Shown: in pieces, positions 63,422 through 64,000 of the stretch | How the letters are laid out: each line of letters opens with the position of its first letter | How positions within the stretch are numbered: the stretch's first letter is position 1 | Assembly: GCA_945905735.1 (NCBI GenBank) | Contig: CAMDQC010000008.1 | Location: forward strand, 1,989 to 65,988 | Direction: 5' to 3' | From: Prosthecobacter debontii | Lineage (GTDB): Bacteria > Verrucomicrobiota > Verrucomicrobiia > Chthoniobacterales > Chthoniobacteraceae | DNA: 64,000 bases | Translations under genes and position numbers: made by a program | The notes under the pieces: model-generated | Databases searched by the model: none | What the model was told of the DNA's origin: nothing | The model's input: the letters and a program-made list of their open reading frames with translations, nothing else

Positions 63422-64000
63422 GCCAGCCACCACGATTCTCCCATCCGCTTGTATCACTACGGCATGGGCTACGCTATTGCTGCTGATCCCAGTCGTAACG
63501 ATTTTTCCGTTTCTGAAAGGTCCGAAGTCATTATCAAGCGTGCCATCGGAATTGTATCGCGCAACAGCGATGTCGCTCCTGCCACTGCTCTCTGAGGCAC
63601 CTGCGACCACGATCTTCCCATCGCTCTGCAACGCAATTCCCGTAGCAATATCTACGAAACCACGAAAGTCAGTCGCCGCCTGCCCAGTTCCGTTAAAAGT
63701 CGTGTCCAATGTCCCATCTTGATTATAGCGAAAAACCAAAAAATTCACGCTGCCGCCCGAGTTCCCATACCCCGCCGCTACAATCTTCCCGTCGTTCTGT
63801 AACACCATGCCTCTAAGCACTATATCGCTGCCCACGAACCCCGTCTGGACAATTCCATTCACGCCGAAGCTCGTATCTAGATCACCCGGCGTACCGGCAA
63901 TCACATTCCCACTCGAAAAGGTCCGAGAGCTTGAAAACGCACTCGTATTCCCGGCCTTATCTGTCACTTGCGCCTTCACCGTGTGCGGACCATCCGCGAG
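63422..64000 (-). CDS. Proximal segment of the same giant gene (5' end beyond window): Ig-like end plus delta-60 repeats
   Basis: The frame is open to the window edge (LADGPHTVKAQVTDKAGNTS...) and in frame with 59162-63334 (645 nt apart = 215 codons). Repeats follow the pattern DGKIVAAG...FLVFRYNQDGTLDTTF. Confidence 0.8.

Overview
High-G+C bacterial chromosomal segment. The gene content points to a PVC-group organism, most likely Verrucomicrobiota: two Tat-signal DUF1501 proteins, DUF1080, a ThuA-like protein, a MoxR-DUF58-BatA-type operon, and giant secreted LamG/lamin-tail/CotH and delta-60-repeat proteins. This is inferred from family content only. About 60 protein genes and one tRNA-Arg(ACG) are supported. 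Most of the window is housekeeping: plsX (partial, missing from the ORF track), mogA-moaC, queA, SOD, exbB-exbD-tonB, parB, prfA, rpmE, asnB, cysE, PBP2, thyA, thiH-thiS and murA. Accessory content: (i) a REP-flanked IS200-like/RAYT gene and (ii) a short-ORF plus AbiEii-type nucleotidyltransferase cassette, both wedged into the MoxR/BatA operon. (iii) A visibly lower-G+C islet at about 41.0-46.0 kb holding small uncharacterised genes, a VapBC pair and a 400-aa orphan. (iv) Further TA pairs (UPF0175/DUF3368-PIN, RelE/ParE-like). (v) Three giant secreted proteins; two share an unannotated 300-350 aa C-terminal module and one is interrupted by a single in-frame TAA. I found no CRISPR array, integrase, reverse transcriptase or recognisable multi-gene defence system. 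The best candidates for something new are the operon-embedded NTase cassette, the 41-46 kb islet and the shared C-terminal module. All family assignments come from motif recognition by eye, not from database searches. Many long ORFs on the track are antisense shadow frames typical of GC-rich DNA and were discarded.
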